A stretch of DNA of 64,000 nt. Origin: Acidimicrobiales bacterium. Lineage in GTDB: Bacteria; Actinomycetota; Acidimicrobiia; Acidimicrobiales; RAAP-2. The DNA lies in contig JBIOFE010000001.1 in assembly GCA_044446745.1 (NCBI GenBank), forward strand, positions 44,759 to 108,758, read 5' to 3'. Positions 39,933-50,195 of the stretch are shown in pieces. The translations under genes and the position numbers were made by a program. The stretch's first letter is position 1. The number at the start of each line of letters is the position of its first letter. Under the pieces are notes generated by a model. The model was not told the origin of the DNA, made no database searches, and saw only the letters and a program-made list of their open reading frames with translations.

Positions 39933-40577
39933 GTGATCCGCCTCCTGCTGGTCGACGACCACGAAATCGTGCGGCGCGGACTCAAGGAGCTCCTCGACGC
40001 CGCCGGCGACCTCGAGGTCGTCGCCGAGGCCAGCACGATGGCCGAGGCCGAGGCCGTCGACCTCGACCTCATCGACGTCGCGGTGCTCGACGTGCGCCTG
40101 CCCGACGGCAGCGGCGTCGACCTGTGTCGGACCCTGCGCGACCAGCGCGCCGACCTGGCCTGCCTGATGCTGACCAGCTTCGCCGACGCCGAGGCGCTCA
40201 ACGCCTCGGTGCTCGCCGGGGCCCGGGGCTACGTGCTCAAGAACGTGCGCGGGGACGAGCTGGTCCGGTCGATCCGGCGCGTGGCCAACGGCGAGATGCT
40301 CCTCACCGAGGAGCAGGTCAATCGGGCGCGCGAGCGACTGCGCCGCCAGATGGTCGAGGACCTGCGCCTGGAGAGCCTGAGCACCCAGGAGCGGCGCATC
40401 CTCGAGCTGCTGAGCGAGGGGCTCTCCAACCGCGAGATCGCCGCGGAGATGTTCCTGGCTGAGAAGACGGTGAAGAACTACGTCTCCAACCTGCTGGCCA
40501 AGCTGGGCTTCCAACGGCGCACCGAAGCCGCGCTCTTCGCCCAGCGCCAGCTCGACCGCAAGCACCCGCCGACCTAG
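39933..40577 (+). CDS. NarL/LuxR-family response regulator (DevR/DosR-like)
   Basis: From GTG 39933: IRLLLVDDHEIVRRGL, VLDVRLPDGSG, LMLTSF, GYVLKN, LSNREIAAEMFLAEKTVKNYVSNLLAKLG..RRTEAA. Confidence 0.92.
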   Translation: MIRLLLVDDHEIVRRGLKELLDAAGDLEVVAEASTMAEAEAVDLDLIDVAVLDVRLPDGSGVDLCRTLRDQRADLACLMLTSFADAEALNASVLAGARGYVLKNVRGDELVRSIRRVANGEMLLTEEQVNRARERLRRQMVEDLRLESLSTQERRILELLSEGLSNREIAAEMFLAEKTVKNYVSNLLAKLGFQRRTEAALFAQRQLDRKHPPT

Positions 40578-41314
40578 GCGGAGGTGAAGACCTCGGGCCC
40601 GTCGTCGGTCACGGCGATGGTGTGCTCGAAGTGGGCCGAGAGCGAGCCGTCGCGGGTCAGCACCGACCAGCCGTCGTCGAGCAGGTAGGTCTCGGCCAGG
40701 CCCGCGTTGACCATCGGCTCGACGGCGAAGACCATGCCCTCCTTGAGCGTCGGCCCGGGCGTGCCCGGCCAGTAGTTGGGCACCTGGGGGCTCTCGTGCA
40801 TGGCGGTGCCGATGGCGTGACCCACGTACTCGCGCACCACCGAGAAGCCGGCCGCCTCGGCCACGCGCTGGACCGCCCGGCCGATCTCGTGGAGCCGCCG
40901 ACCCACGACCATCTGGTCGATCCCCGCCCACAGCGAGCGCTCGGTCACCTCGATGAGCCGGCGCGCCAGGTCGCTCACCTCGCCCACCGGGGCGGTGTAG
41001 GCGGCGTCGCCGTGGTAGCCCTCGACGATCGCCCCGCAGTCCACCGAGATGATGTCGCCGTCGCGCAGCACGCAGTCGCCCGGGATGCCGTGGACGATCA
41101 TGTCGTTGGGGCTGGTGCAGATCACGGCCGGGAAGCCGTGGTAGTTGAGGAAGTTGGAGCGCGCCCCGCGCCGCTCGAGCACCTCGGCGGCCACCTCGTT
41201 GAGCCGGGCGGTGGTGACCCCGGGGCGGATCGCCGCGCGGGTCGCCTCGTGCATCTCGGCGACCACCCGGCCGGCCCGGCGCATCTTGGCCAGCTCGTCG
41301 GGCGAACGCCTCAC
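40574..41314 (-). CDS. map: Methionine aminopeptidase type I
   Basis: From GTG 41314: ICTSPND.IVHGIP, DIISVDCG, YHGDAA, YVGHAIG..MHESP, AVEPM, SAHFEHT. Confidence 0.96.
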   Translation of the reverse strand: MRRSPDELAKMRRAGRVVAEMHEATRAAIRPGVTTARLNEVAAEVLERRGARSNFLNYHGFPAVICTSPNDMIVHGIPGDCVLRDGDIISVDCGAIVEGYHGDAAYTAPVGEVSDLARRLIEVTERSLWAGIDQMVVGRRLHEIGRAVQRVAEAAGFSVVREYVGHAIGTAMHESPQVPNYWPGTPGPTLKEGMVFAVEPMVNAGLAETYLLDDGWSVLTRDGSLSAHFEHTIAVTDDGPEVFTSA

Positions 41315-41970
41315 GCCAGGCCCCGGGCGCCGAGGGCGGCCACGATGGACGCGGTCACCTCGTCGGGCGCCCGGTCGCCGTCGACGGTGACCAGCACGCC
41401 GCGCTCGCGGTAGAAGTCGAGCAGCGGCGCGGTGTCGCGCTCGTAGGTCTCGAGGCGCCGGCGGATGGCCTCGGGCTGGTCGTCGGCGCGCTGGACGACG
41501 TGACCGCCGCACTTGGCGCACACGCCGGAGACGGCCGCGGGGTCGGTGTCGCGGTAGATCGTCCCGCAGTCCTGGCACACGCGCCGCGAGGACAGCCGGG
41601 CGGTCGCCCGCTCGTTGGCGATCTCCAGGTTGACGCACAGCGACACGCCGGCGATGCCCAGCAGCTCCTCGAGGGCCTCGGCCTGGGCCGCGTTGCGCGG
41701 GAACCCGTCCAGCAGCGCCCCGGCGGCGGCGTCGGGGTCGGCGAAGCGCTCCTCGACCAGCCGGATGACCAGGGCGTCGGAGACCAGCACCCCGGCCTCG
41801 AGCCGAGCGGCGACCTCGCGGCCGAGCGCGGTGCCGGCCTGGACCGCCGCACGCAGCATGTCGCCGGTCGAGACGTGCGGGATGGCGTAGCGCGCGCCCA
41901 GGCGGTCGCACTGGGTCCCCTTGCCCGCGCCCTGCTTGCCGAGGACCACCAGATAGAGGGGCGCCGCCAT
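41311..41970 (-). CDS. adk: Adenylate kinase (Zn-lid, 4 Cys)
   Basis: From ATG 41970: LGKQGAGKGTQ, HVSTGDMLR, LDGFPRN, CQDC...CAKC, QRADD. Confidence 0.96.
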   Translation of the reverse strand: MAAPLYLVVLGKQGAGKGTQCDRLGARYAIPHVSTGDMLRAAVQAGTALGREVAARLEAGVLVSDALVIRLVEERFADPDAAAGALLDGFPRNAAQAEALEELLGIAGVSLCVNLEIANERATARLSSRRVCQDCGTIYRDTDPAAVSGVCAKCGGHVVQRADDQPEAIRRRLETYERDTAPLLDFYRERGVLVTVDGDRAPDEVTASIVAALGARGLA

Positions 41971-41972
41971 GG

Positions 41973-43262
41973 CTAGCGCTTCAGGAAGCCTTCGTAGTTG
42001 CGCATCATCAGCTGGCTGTCGATCTGGCGCATCGTCTCGAGCGCCACGCCGACCGCGATCAGCAGCGTCGTGCCGTAGTACGGGAAGCGGTTGATGTTCC
42101 ACAGGGCCATGAGCAGGCTGGGCACCACGGCCACCGAGGCCAGGAAGACGGCGCCGACCACCGTGATGCGGCTCAGCAGCTTGGCGAAGTACTTCTCGGT
42201 GGGCAGGCCCGGGCGGATCCCCGGGACGAAGCCGCCCTGCTGGCGCAGCATCTCGGCCTGCTGGTGGGGCTCGAAGGCGATGTAGACGTAGAAGAACGTG
42301 AAGGCCAGGATCAGCAGGAAGTCCGAGAGGATGTACACGAAGCTCGTCGGGTGCAGCGAGGAGTTGACGAAGTTCTGGAAGCCGGTCCAGGGCACCACGT
42401 TGCTCATCAGCACCGGGATGTAGAGCACCGACGACGCGAAGATGATCGGGATCACCCCGGACTGGTTGACCTTGAGCGGGATGTAGGTGGAGTTGCCGCC
42501 CATCTCGCGGCGCCCGACCACGCGCCGGGCGAAGGTGATGGGGATGCGCCGCTGGCCGTTGTCCATGAACACGATGAACACCAGCAGAGCCAGGGAGATG
42601 ACCAGCAGGGTCCAGAACTTGACCTGGCCGCCCTCGGCGTAGACCGCGCGGCCGCCCGAGGGCAGGCCGGCCACCACGTTGGCGAAGATGAGCAGGCTCA
42701 TGCCCTGGCCTACGCCACGCTGGGTGATCAGCTCGGCCAGCCACATGACGAAGGCGGTGCCGGCGGTCATGACCAGCACCATGAAGAAGCCGAGCCACAG
42801 CGTGAAGCGGGGAATCAGGTCGATGTTGAAGCCCAGCAGCGCCGAGTCGTGCCCGTGGAAGGCGTAGATCAGGCCGGTCGACTGCAGGAGGGCCAGGCCG
42901 ATGGTGAGGTAGCGGGTCGTCTGGGTGATCTTCTTCTGGCCGATCGCGCCCTGGTCGCGCCACTCGGTCAGCTTGGGGATCACCGTCGTGAGCAGCTGGA
43001 TGACGATCGAGCTGGTGATGTAGGGCATGACGCCCAGGCCGAAGACGGCCAGGCGCGTCAGGGCGCCGCCCGAGAAGAGGTTGAGGAAGCCCAGCACGCC
43101 GCTGGCCCCGGCCTTGGACTGCAGGAGCTGGACCTGGGCCCAGCTCACGCCGGGGATCGGCAGGTTCGCCCCGAGCTGGTACAGGCAGATGATCGCGACC
43201 GTGAAGACGACCTTGTTGCGAAGGTCGACGACCCGGAAGATGTTCGCGAGTCTCTTCAGCAC
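41973..43262 (-). CDS. secY: Preprotein translocase subunit SecY
   Basis: From GTG 43262: LGVMPYITSSI, WLAELIT.RGVGQGMSL, YIPLKVNQSGVIPIIFASS, GFVPGIRPG, LLIAVGVALET, YEGFL. Confidence 0.98.
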   Translation of the reverse strand: MLKRLANIFRVVDLRNKVVFTVAIICLYQLGANLPIPGVSWAQVQLLQSKAGASGVLGFLNLFSGGALTRLAVFGLGVMPYITSSIVIQLLTTVIPKLTEWRDQGAIGQKKITQTTRYLTIGLALLQSTGLIYAFHGHDSALLGFNIDLIPRFTLWLGFFMVLVMTAGTAFVMWLAELITQRGVGQGMSLLIFANVVAGLPSGGRAVYAEGGQVKFWTLLVISLALLVFIVFMDNGQRRIPITFARRVVGRREMGGNSTYIPLKVNQSGVIPIIFASSVLYIPVLMSNVVPWTGFQNFVNSSLHPTSFVYILSDFLLILAFTFFYVYIAFEPHQQAEMLRQQGGFVPGIRPGLPTEKYFAKLLSRITVVGAVFLASVAVVPSLLMALWNINRFPYYGTTLLIAVGVALETMRQIDSQLMMRNYEGFLKR

Positions 43263-43269
43263 GGGTCCC

Positions 43270-43755
43270 CTAGCGGTTCTGGTGCTGGTTGCCCGCGGCG
43301 GGCGGGCGCACCGAGAAGGGCAGCTCAAGGATCGTCACCGACCCGCCGGCCGCCTCCAGGGCCGCGCGCGCCGGCGCCGAGGCGGCGTGGACGCTGGCGT
43401 GAACCGGCGAGGCCAGGGCGCCGCGCCCGAGGATCTTGACCAGGTCGCCCCGGTGGCACAGTCCGTGGGCGGCCAGGACGTCGGGGTTGACCTCGGCCAG
43501 GCCGAGGGCCGCCAGGGCGTCGAGGTTGACCGGGGTGTAGGCGACGCGGAAGGGGTTGGTGAAGCCCTTCAGCTTGGGGATGCGCTGGATCAGCGGCAGC
43601 TGCCCGCCCTCGAAGCCGGCCGGGATCTGGCGGCGGGCCTTCTGGCCCTTGGTGCCGCGCCCGGCGGTCTTGCCGCCCTTGCCGGCGGTGCCGCGCCCGA
43701 CCACGCGCTTGCGCTTGGACGAGCCCGGGGGCGCCTTGAGCTCGTGGAGCTTCAC
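43270..43755 (-). CDS. rplO: 50S ribosomal protein L15
   Basis: [40 protein letters not shown]. Confidence 0.97.
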   Translation of the reverse strand: MKLHELKAPPGSSKRKRVVGRGTAGKGGKTAGRGTKGQKARRQIPAGFEGGQLPLIQRIPKLKGFTNPFRVAYTPVNLDALAALGLAEVNPDVLAAHGLCHRGDLVKILGRGALASPVHASVHAASAPARAALEAAGGSVTILELPFSVRPPAAGNQHQNR

Positions 43756-43934
43756 TGGACCTCCTCCACGCTGATCAGGTGCGGCACGCGCGCGATCATC
43801 CCGCGGATCTCGGGCCGGTCGGGCAGGGTGTTGGTCTGGCCGATGCCGCGCAGCCCGAGGGCGCGCAGCGTCCCGCGGTGCTTGGGCTTGGTGCCGATCG
43901 CCGAGCGGGTCTGGGTCACCTTGAGCTCGGTCAT
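43752..43934 (-). CDS. rpmD: 50S ribosomal protein L30
   Basis: [11 protein letters not shown]...[18 protein letters not shown]. Confidence 0.96.
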   Translation of the reverse strand: MTELKVTQTRSAIGTKPKHRGTLRALGLRGIGQTNTLPDRPEIRGMIARVPHLISVEEVQ

Positions 43935-44491
43935 CTCGTCACCTCCGGGACCTTGAACAGGTCGCCCTCGCGCTGGCGCTCGCGGTAGGCCCGCAGCGTA
44001 CCGGACGGGATGACGTGGTCGGCCGGCTTGTCGCGGCTGGCCGCCACCTGCTCGGGGCGGCGCAGCTGTTTGAGCCCCTGGATGGTGGCGTGGGCCACGT
44101 TGATGCCGTTGGACGAGCCCAGCGACTTGGCGATGATGTCCTTCACGCCGGCCATCTCCAGGATGGCGCGCGCGGCGCCGCCGGCGATGACGCCGGTGCC
44201 CGGCGCGGCCGGCTTCATCAGCACCCGTCCGGCCCCCGAGGTGCCCAGCACCGGGTAGACGATTGTCGTGCCGGCCAGGGGCACGTCAAAGAGGTTCTTG
44301 CGCGCCTCCTCGATGCCCTTCTGGACCGCCAGGCCGGCCTCCTTGGCCTTGCCGTAGCCCAGACCGACGCGGCCCTTGCCGTCGCCGATCACCATCAGGG
44401 CGGTGAAGGAGAAGCGCCGGCCGCCCTTGACGACCTTGCTGACGCGGTTGACCTTGATGGTCCGCTCCTCGAACTGTTCGACGTCACTCAT
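43931..44491 (-). CDS. rpsE: 30S ribosomal protein S5
   Basis: [36 protein letters not shown]. Confidence 0.98.
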   Translation of the reverse strand: MSDVEQFEERTIKVNRVSKVVKGGRRFSFTALMVIGDGKGRVGLGYGKAKEAGLAVQKGIEEARKNLFDVPLAGTTIVYPVLGTSGAGRVLMKPAAPGTGVIAGGAARAILEMAGVKDIIAKSLGSSNGINVAHATIQGLKQLRRPEQVAASRDKPADHVIPSGTLRAYRERQREGDLFKVPEVTR

Positions 44492-44847
44492 CAGAACTCC
44501 AGTCCCCCGGCGCGCAGCGCGTCGGCGAAGGCGGCCACGCGGCCGTGGTAGTCGAAGCCCCCGCGGTCGAAGACCACGGCGGCGATGTCGGCGGCCCGGG
44601 CCCGCTGCGCGAGCAGCGCGGCCACCGCCTTGGCCCCCTCGACGTTGGCCCCGGACACGGAGTGCAGGCCCGGCTCCACCGAGGACGCGGCCGCCAGGGT
44701 GCGGCCGTTGACGTCGTCGATGATCTGGGCCGAGATGTGCTTGTTGGTGCGGCTGACGGCGACGCGCGGGCGCTCCGGCGTGCCCGACAGGCGACGGCGG
44801 ATGCGCTCGTGGCGCCGCTGGCGCAGCTCGCGAGTGGTGCGGGCCAT
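44491..44847 (-). CDS. rplR: 50S ribosomal protein L18
   Basis: From ATG 44847: [39 protein letters not shown]. Confidence 0.97.
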   Translation of the reverse strand: MARTTRELRQRRHERIRRRLSGTPERPRVAVSRTNKHISAQIIDDVNGRTLAAASSVEPGLHSVSGANVEGAKAVAALLAQRARAADIAAVVFDRGGFDYHGRVAAFADALRAGGLEF

Positions 44848-45386
44848 TACTTCGCCGCCTTTCCGGCCTTGCGCGCGACGCGCTCGCCGAGGTAGCGCAC
44901 GCCCTTGCCCTTGTAGGGCTCGGGCTTGCGGAGCTTGCGGATGGTCGCGGCGACCTGGCCGACGGCCTCCTTGTCGGCGCCGCGCACGATGACGCGCGTG
45001 GGCACCGGCACCTCGAAGGAGATGCCCTCGGGCGCCTGGTACTTCACCGGGTGCGAGAATCCCAGCGCCAGGTCGAGCGCGTGGGGGCCGGCCGCGGCGG
45101 CGCGGTAGCCGACGCCGATGATCTCGAGCTCCTTGCTCCAGCCCCGGGTCACCCCGATGACCATGTTGTCGATCAGCGTGCGGCTTAGCCCGTGCAGGGC
45201 CTTCTGGGCGGTCTCGTCGCTGGCCCGCGACACGGTCAGCTCCGCGCCGGCCTGGGCCCCAGTGATGCCCGCGGGCAGCGTGCGGTTCATGGTCCCGTTG
45301 GGTCCGGTGACCGTGACGACGTCGCCGTCCACGGACACCGTGACGTCGGCGGGCACGGTGATCGGGCTGCGGCCGATGCGGCTCAT
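44847..45386 (-). CDS. rplF: 50S ribosomal protein L6
   Basis: [33 protein letters not shown]. Alternative ATG at 45392. Confidence 0.97.
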   Translation of the reverse strand: MSRIGRSPITVPADVTVSVDGDVVTVTGPNGTMNRTLPAGITGAQAGAELTVSRASDETAQKALHGLSRTLIDNMVIGVTRGWSKELEIIGVGYRAAAAGPHALDLALGFSHPVKYQAPEGISFEVPVPTRVIVRGADKEAVGQVAATIRKLRKPEPYKGKGVRYLGERVARKAGKAAK

Positions 45387-45413
45387 CAGCATTCCTCCCG
45401 GGGGGCGCGGCGA

Positions 45414-45818
45414 CTACCACACATAGCAGAGCACCTCGCCGCCCAACTTCGCCTTGCGCGCTTCGCGGTCGGTCATCAGCCCGTGGCTCGTCGACACGAC
45501 GGCCACGCCCACGCCGCCCAACACCTTGGGCATCTGATCGGACTTCTTGTAGATCCGCAGCCCGGGCTTGGAGACGCGCTGGATCCCGATGATCGTCTTC
45601 TCGCGCTCCTCGGAGTACTTCAGCGTGATCTCCAGGGTCGAGCCGGGCTTGCCCTCGACCTCCGAGACGCGGAAGCCCGCGATGAAGCCCTCGCGCTCGA
45701 GCACCGTGGCCAGGCTCACCTTGAGCTTGGAGCTGGGCATCTTGACGCTGTCGAACATGGCGAAGTTGGCGTTGCGGATCCGCGTCAGCATGTCGGCGAT
45801 GGGGTCGGTCATGGTCAT
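45414..45818 (-). CDS. rpsH: 30S ribosomal protein S8
   Basis: [38 protein letters not shown]...GGEVLCYVW. Confidence 0.98.
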   Translation of the reverse strand: MTMTDPIADMLTRIRNANFAMFDSVKMPSSKLKVSLATVLEREGFIAGFRVSEVEGKPGSTLEITLKYSEEREKTIIGIQRVSKPGLRIYKKSDQMPKVLGGVGVAVVSTSHGLMTDREARKAKLGGEVLCYVW

Positions 45819-45828
45819 GGCGATCCCC

Positions 45829-46014
45829 CTACCAACTGGCCTTGGTCACGCCGGGTATCTCGCCGGCGTGCACCATCAGGCGCAGGCAGATCCGGCACAG
45901 CCCGAACTTGCGGTAGACCGAGCGCGGACGCCCGCAGCGCTCGCAGCGCGTGTAGGCGCGCGTCGAGAACTTGGGGGTCTTCTGCTGCTTGATCCGAAGG
46001 GCTTTCTTGGCCAT
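45829..46014 (-). CDS. rpsN: 30S ribosomal protein S14, type Z (Zn-binding)
   Basis: From ATG 46014: MAKKAL...[25 protein letters not shown]...IPGVTKASW. Confidence 0.97.
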   Translation of the reverse strand: MAKKALRIKQQKTPKFSTRAYTRCERCGRPRSVYRKFGLCRICLRLMVHAGEIPGVTKASW

Positions 46015-46016
46015 GT

Positions 46017-46577
46017 CTATCGAGTCTCCTGCTTGAAGGGGAAGCCGAAGGCGCGCAGGAACGCGCGCCCCTGCTCGTCGTTCGCCGCGGTGGTCACGAT
46101 GGTGATGTCGAAGCCGCGCGGCGCGTCGATCTTGTCGTAGTCGACCTCCGGGAAGATCAACTGGTCGTTGACGCCGAAGGTGTAGTTGCCCCGGCCGTCG
46201 AAGGAGTCCGGGGAGAGCCCGCGGAAGTCGCGGATGCGCGGCACGGCCAGGCTCAGCAGCCGGTCGAAGAACTCCCACGCCCGGTCGCCGCGCAGGGTGA
46301 CCTTGACGCCGATGGCCTGTTCCTCGCGGAGCTTGAAATTGGCGATCGACTTCTTGGCCCGCGTGATGACCGGGCGCTGGCCGGTGATGACCTCGAGGTC
46401 GCGCTGAGCGCCCTCGAGCAGCGAGGCCTGCTGGGTGGCGCGCCCGACCCCGGAGTTGAGCACGATCTTCACCAGGCGCGGGACCTGCATGACGTTGTCG
46501 AGCCCGAGCTCCTCGCGGAGCGCGGCGCGGACCTCCTGGTCGTAGCGGACCTTTAGACGCGGGCGCACGGTGGTCAC
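46017..46577 (-). CDS. rplE: 50S ribosomal protein L5
   Basis: From GTG 46577: [44 protein letters not shown]. Confidence 0.98.
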   Translation of the reverse strand: MTTVRPRLKVRYDQEVRAALREELGLDNVMQVPRLVKIVLNSGVGRATQQASLLEGAQRDLEVITGQRPVITRAKKSIANFKLREEQAIGVKVTLRGDRAWEFFDRLLSLAVPRIRDFRGLSPDSFDGRGNYTFGVNDQLIFPEVDYDKIDAPRGFDITIVTTAANDEQGRAFLRAFGFPFKQETR

Positions 46578-46879
46578 AGCACCTCCCCGCACTTGCGGCA
46601 GACGCGCGCCTTGACGCCGTCGACGTCGGCGAAGCCGACCTTGGCCGGGCCCTTGTGCCCCGGGCACCACAGCGCCACGTTGGACGCGTCCATCGGCATG
46701 ACCTTGTCGATGATGCCGGCCTGCATGGTCGAGCCCCGCTGCTTGGTGTGGCGCTTGGCCACGTTGAGGCCGTCCAGGATGACCTGGTTGGTGGTGGGCA
46801 GGGCCACTTCGACCGTGCCGCGTTGGCCGACGAACTTGCCGGCGATGATCAGGACGTCGTCGCCCTTGCGGATCTTCAT
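46574..46879 (-). CDS. rplX: 50S ribosomal protein L24
   Basis: [15 protein letters not shown] (KOW), [14 protein letters not shown]. Confidence 0.96.
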   Translation of the reverse strand: MKIRKGDDVLIIAGKFVGQRGTVEVALPTTNQVILDGLNVAKRHTKQRGSTMQAGIIDKVMPMDASNVALWCPGHKGPAKVGFADVDGVKARVCRKCGEVL

Positions 46880-47247
46880 TACAGGACCTCCGGGGCGAGC
46901 GAGATGATGCGCATGAACTTCTTGTCGCGCAGCTCGCGCCCGACGGGCCCGAAGATGCGCGTGCCGCGCGGCTGGGACTGCTCGTTGATCAGCACCGCGG
47001 CGTTCTCGTCGAACTTGATGTAGGAGCCGTCGGGCCGGCGCCGCTCCTTGGCGGTCCGCACGACCACGCAGCGCACGACGTCACCCTTCTTGACCGCGGC
47101 GCCGGGGATGGCGTCCTTCACCGTGGCGATAAAGACGTCGCCGATCGAGGCGTAGCGCCGGCGCGTGCCCCCGAGCACGCGGATGCACAGCACCTCCTTG
47201 GCGCCGGAGTTGTCGGCCACCTTGAGTCGCGACTCCTGCTGAATCAT
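46879..47247 (-). CDS. rplN: 50S ribosomal protein L14
   Basis: [43 protein letters not shown]. Confidence 0.98.
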   Translation of the reverse strand: MIQQESRLKVADNSGAKEVLCIRVLGGTRRRYASIGDVFIATVKDAIPGAAVKKGDVVRCVVVRTAKERRRPDGSYIKFDENAAVLINEQSQPRGTRIFGPVGRELRDKKFMRIISLAPEVL

Positions 47248-47630
47248 CGGGCCCGCTCCACGATCTCCGTGAGGCGCCAGCGCTTGAGCTTGGACAGCGG
47301 TCGGGTCTCCTGGACCCGGACCCGGTCGCCGACCTGGGCCTCGTTCTTCTCGTCGTGGACGTAGAGCTTCTTGGTGCGCTGGACGGTCTTGCCGTAGCGC
47401 GGGTGGCGGACTCGATCGTTGACGGCCACGACCAGCGTCGCGTCCATCTTGTTGGAGACCACGATGCCCTCGCGGACCTTGCGGGGGTTGGCGCGGCCCT
47501 CGTCGGCGACCGGCGCGGCGGGCGCGGCGGGCACGACCGGGGTCGTCGCCGCGGGGGTCGTCTCGACGGCCTCCGGGGTCACCACGGCCTCGGGGGTCAC
47601 GTCGGTCTCGGGGGTCGGGTTGTCACTCAT
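47244..47630 (-). CDS. rpsQ: 30S ribosomal protein S17 with N-terminal Thr/Pro/Ala-rich extension
   Basis: [31 protein letters not shown]...[12 protein letters not shown]. Confidence 0.96.
   Translation of the reverse strand: MSDNPTPETDVTPEAVVTPEAVETTPAATTPVVPAAPAAPVADEGRANPRKVREGIVVSNKMDATLVVAVNDRVRHPRYGKTVQRTKKLYVHDEKNEAQVGDRVRVQETRPLSKLKRWRLTEIVERAR
47562..47615 (-). repeat. Three imperfect 18-bp tandem units inside rpsQ ([18 protein letters not shown])
   Basis: Plus strand ctcgacggcctccggggt / caccacggcctcgggggt / cacgtcggtctcgggggt. Confidence 0.7.
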
Positions 47631-47866
47631 GACGCGTCACCTTCGTTGAGCGCCTCGGCGGCGGCGATCTCGCGCTCGCGCACGAAGGTCGAGAGCCGGG
47701 CGATGTCCTTGCGCACCGCGGGCAGGCGCGACGAGTTGTCCAGCTGGCCGGTGGCCAGTTGGAAGCGGAGGTTGAAGAGCTCGCGGCGCGCCTCGGCCAG
47801 GCGCTCCACGAGCTCGTGGTCGCCGAGCAGTCGCATCTCCGCGACGTGTTCCTTGGTCTTGGCCAT
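47627..47866 (-). CDS. rpmC: 50S ribosomal protein L29
   Basis: From ATG 47866: [32 protein letters not shown]. Confidence 0.96.
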   Translation of the reverse strand: MAKTKEHVAEMRLLGDHELVERLAEARRELFNLRFQLATGQLDNSSRLPAVRKDIARLSTFVREREIAAAEALNEGDAS

Positions 47867-48303
47867 CAGATCGTCACCTCCGGGGCGCCGTGGGTTCCGG
47901 GCCGGATCACGAAGCGCGCCTTGATCGGCAGCTTCTGGATGGCGCGCTCCATGGCCGAGCGGGCCAGCGCCTCGTCGACGCCGCCGAGCTCGAACAGGAT
48001 GCGCCCGGGCTTGACCACGGCGACCCAGAACTCGGGGTTGCCCTTGCCCGAGCCCATGCGGGTCTCGGCCGGCTTCTGGGTGACCGGCTTGTCGGGGAAG
48101 ACCCGGATCCACACCTTGCCCCCGCGCTTGACGTGGCGGGTCATGGCGATGCGGGCGGCCTCGATCTGGCGGGCGCTGAGCCAGCCGGACTCCTCGGCCT
48201 TGATCCCGAAGTCGCCGAAGGTCAACTCGGTGCCGCCCTTGGCCAGGCCGGCCCGGCGCCCGCGCTGCTGCTTGCGGTGCTTCACCTTGCGGGGCATCAA
48301 CAT
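47866..48303 (-). CDS. rplP: 50S ribosomal protein L16
   Basis: [42 protein letters not shown]. Confidence 0.98.
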   Translation of the reverse strand: MLMPRKVKHRKQQRGRRAGLAKGGTELTFGDFGIKAEESGWLSARQIEAARIAMTRHVKRGGKVWIRVFPDKPVTQKPAETRMGSGKGNPEFWVAVVKPGRILFELGGVDEALARSAMERAIQKLPIKARFVIRPGTHGAPEVTI

Positions 48304-48305
48304 GG

Positions 48306-49286
48306 CTACTCCACGTCCTTTCGGAAGTGCGGCGTGTCGGTGTGCTCCACCGCGGTGCGGCGCTCGATCTCCTCTTCGACGGAGAGCTGGCGCTCGACCT
48401 CGTCGGTGGTGGCCAGCAGGTCGGCCGGGTCGACGTCGACCACGGTCTCGACGACCTCGGTGGCCTCGGTCGCCGCTGTTGCCTCGGTCGTCTCGGCGCT
48501 CACCTCTTCGGTCGCGGCCCCGGCGTCGACGCGGCGACGCCCGCCGCCGGCGCGGATGACGCCCTTGGGCGCGCTCGGCGACGCCCCCACCGGCACGGCG
48601 TCCCCGGCCGCCATGGCGGCCTCGCGCACGATCTTCTCGTCGTTGGTCAGCTGGTAGGGCAGGATGTCGCCCTTGTAGATCCAGACCTTGACGCCAATGC
48701 GCCCGGTGTTGGTGCGCGCCTCGCGGAAGCCGTAGTCGATGTCGGCGCGCAGGGTGTGCAGCGGCACGCGGCCCTCGCGGTAGGACTCGCTGCGGCTCAT
48801 CTCGGCGCCGCCGAGGCGTCCGGCGGCCTTGATGCGCACGCCCAGGGCGCCGGCCTTCTGGACGGTCTGGATGCCGCGCTTCATGGCGCGGCGGAAGGCC
48901 ACGCGCCGGATCAGCTGGTCGCAGATGCCCTGGGCGATCAGGGCGGCGTCGAGCTCGGGCTGCTTGATCTCCTGGATGTTCAGCGAGATCTTGTTTTTCT
49001 GGCCGGTGATGCGCTCGAGGTCCTTCTTCAGGCGCTCGGCCTCGGCGCCGCGCCGGCCGATGACGATGCCGGGGCGCGCCGTGTGGATGTCCACGCGGAT
49101 GCGGTCGGAGTTGCGCTCGATCTCGATGCGGCTGACGGCGGCGCTCTCGAGCTGGCGCGTCAGGTAGTCGCGGATCTTCCAGTCCTCGATGACGAGGTCC
49201 TTGTACCCGCGCTCCTTGAACCAGCGCGACTTCCAGTCCGTGGTGATGCCGAGCCGGAACCCGTAGGGATTGACCTTCTGACCCAT
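48306..49286 (-). CDS. rpsC: 30S ribosomal protein S3
   Basis: From ATG 49286: [55 protein letters not shown]. Confidence 0.98.
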   Translation of the reverse strand: MGQKVNPYGFRLGITTDWKSRWFKERGYKDLVIEDWKIRDYLTRQLESAAVSRIEIERNSDRIRVDIHTARPGIVIGRRGAEAERLKKDLERITGQKNKISLNIQEIKQPELDAALIAQGICDQLIRRVAFRRAMKRGIQTVQKAGALGVRIKAAGRLGGAEMSRSESYREGRVPLHTLRADIDYGFREARTNTGRIGVKVWIYKGDILPYQLTNDEKIVREAAMAAGDAVPVGASPSAPKGVIRAGGGRRRVDAGAATEEVSAETTEATAATEATEVVETVVDVDPADLLATTDEVERQLSVEEEIERRTAVEHTDTPHFRKDVE

Positions 49287-49915
49287 TACTCGCCCGTCTC
49301 CTCTGCGGCGTCGCTCGGCGCCCCTTCGCCCGTCTCCTCGACGGGCGTCTCGTTCGTGTCGTCCTCGACCTCGTCGGTCGGGGCCTCGTCCACCTCGACC
49401 TGGTCGGTCGCGGTCTCGTCGATCTCGTCGCCCGGCGCCGCGGCGCCGCGTCGGGCCGGTCCCGCCTCGCGGCGGCGCGAGGAGGCCACCCGGCGCGCGC
49501 GCGACGCGCTCGCCTGGGCGCTGCGCGCGGCGCGCAGCACCTCGAGGCGCTCGTCGTCCAGGCGCGACACGATCACGGTGATGTGGCAGGCGCGCTTGCG
49601 GATCCGGCCGGCGCGCCCCCGGGCGCGCGGCGTGAAGCGCTTCATGGTGATGCCCTCGTCGGCGTAGGCGGCCGAGACGTAGAGCTCGTCGGCCGACAGG
49701 CCGTCGTTGGTGACCGCGTTGGCCACGGCCGAGGCCAAGACCTTGGCGATCACGTCGGCCGCCTCGCGGGTGGTGCCGGTCAGGATCTCGCGCGCCGTGG
49801 TCACGTCCTCGTTGCGGATCAGATTCAGCACGACGCGCGCCTTGGACGCCGACATGTGGTAGCCGCGCAGCGTCGCGCGGGTGCCCTCGCGCTCGTTGGT
49901 CTTGGGTCCGGGCAT
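49286..49915 (-). CDS. rplV: 50S ribosomal protein L22 with long C-terminal extension
   Basis: [44 protein letters not shown]. Confidence 0.96.
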   Translation of the reverse strand: MPGPKTNEREGTRATLRGYHMSASKARVVLNLIRNEDVTTAREILTGTTREAADVIAKVLASAVANAVTNDGLSADELYVSAAYADEGITMKRFTPRARGRAGRIRKRACHITVIVSRLDDERLEVLRAARSAQASASRARRVASSRRREAGPARRGAAAPGDEIDETATDQVEVDEAPTDEVEDDTNETPVEETGEGAPSDAAEETGE

Positions 49916-50193
49916 CAGCGCCGTCCCGTCTTTTCCTGGCCGGCGTGGAACCGGAAGGTCCGCGTCGGGGCGAACTCACCGAGCTTGTGGCCGACCATGG
50001 ACTCGTTGACGAAGACCGGCACGTGGCGCCGGCCGTCGTGGACCGCGAAGGTGTGACCGACCATGTCCGGGATGATCGTCGAGCGCCGGCTCCAGGTCTT
50101 GATGACCCGCTTCTCGCTGGCCGCGTTCATGGCGTCCACCTTCTTGAGCAGGTGAGCGTCGATGAACGGACCCTTCTTGAGACTGCGCGACAT
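49915..50193 (-). CDS. rpsS: 30S ribosomal protein S19
   Basis: [35 protein letters not shown]. Confidence 0.98.
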   Translation of the reverse strand: MSRSLKKGPFIDAHLLKKVDAMNAASEKRVIKTWSRRSTIIPDMVGHTFAVHDGRRHVPVFVNESMVGHKLGEFAPTRTFRFHAGQEKTGRR

Positions 50194-50195
50194 GA

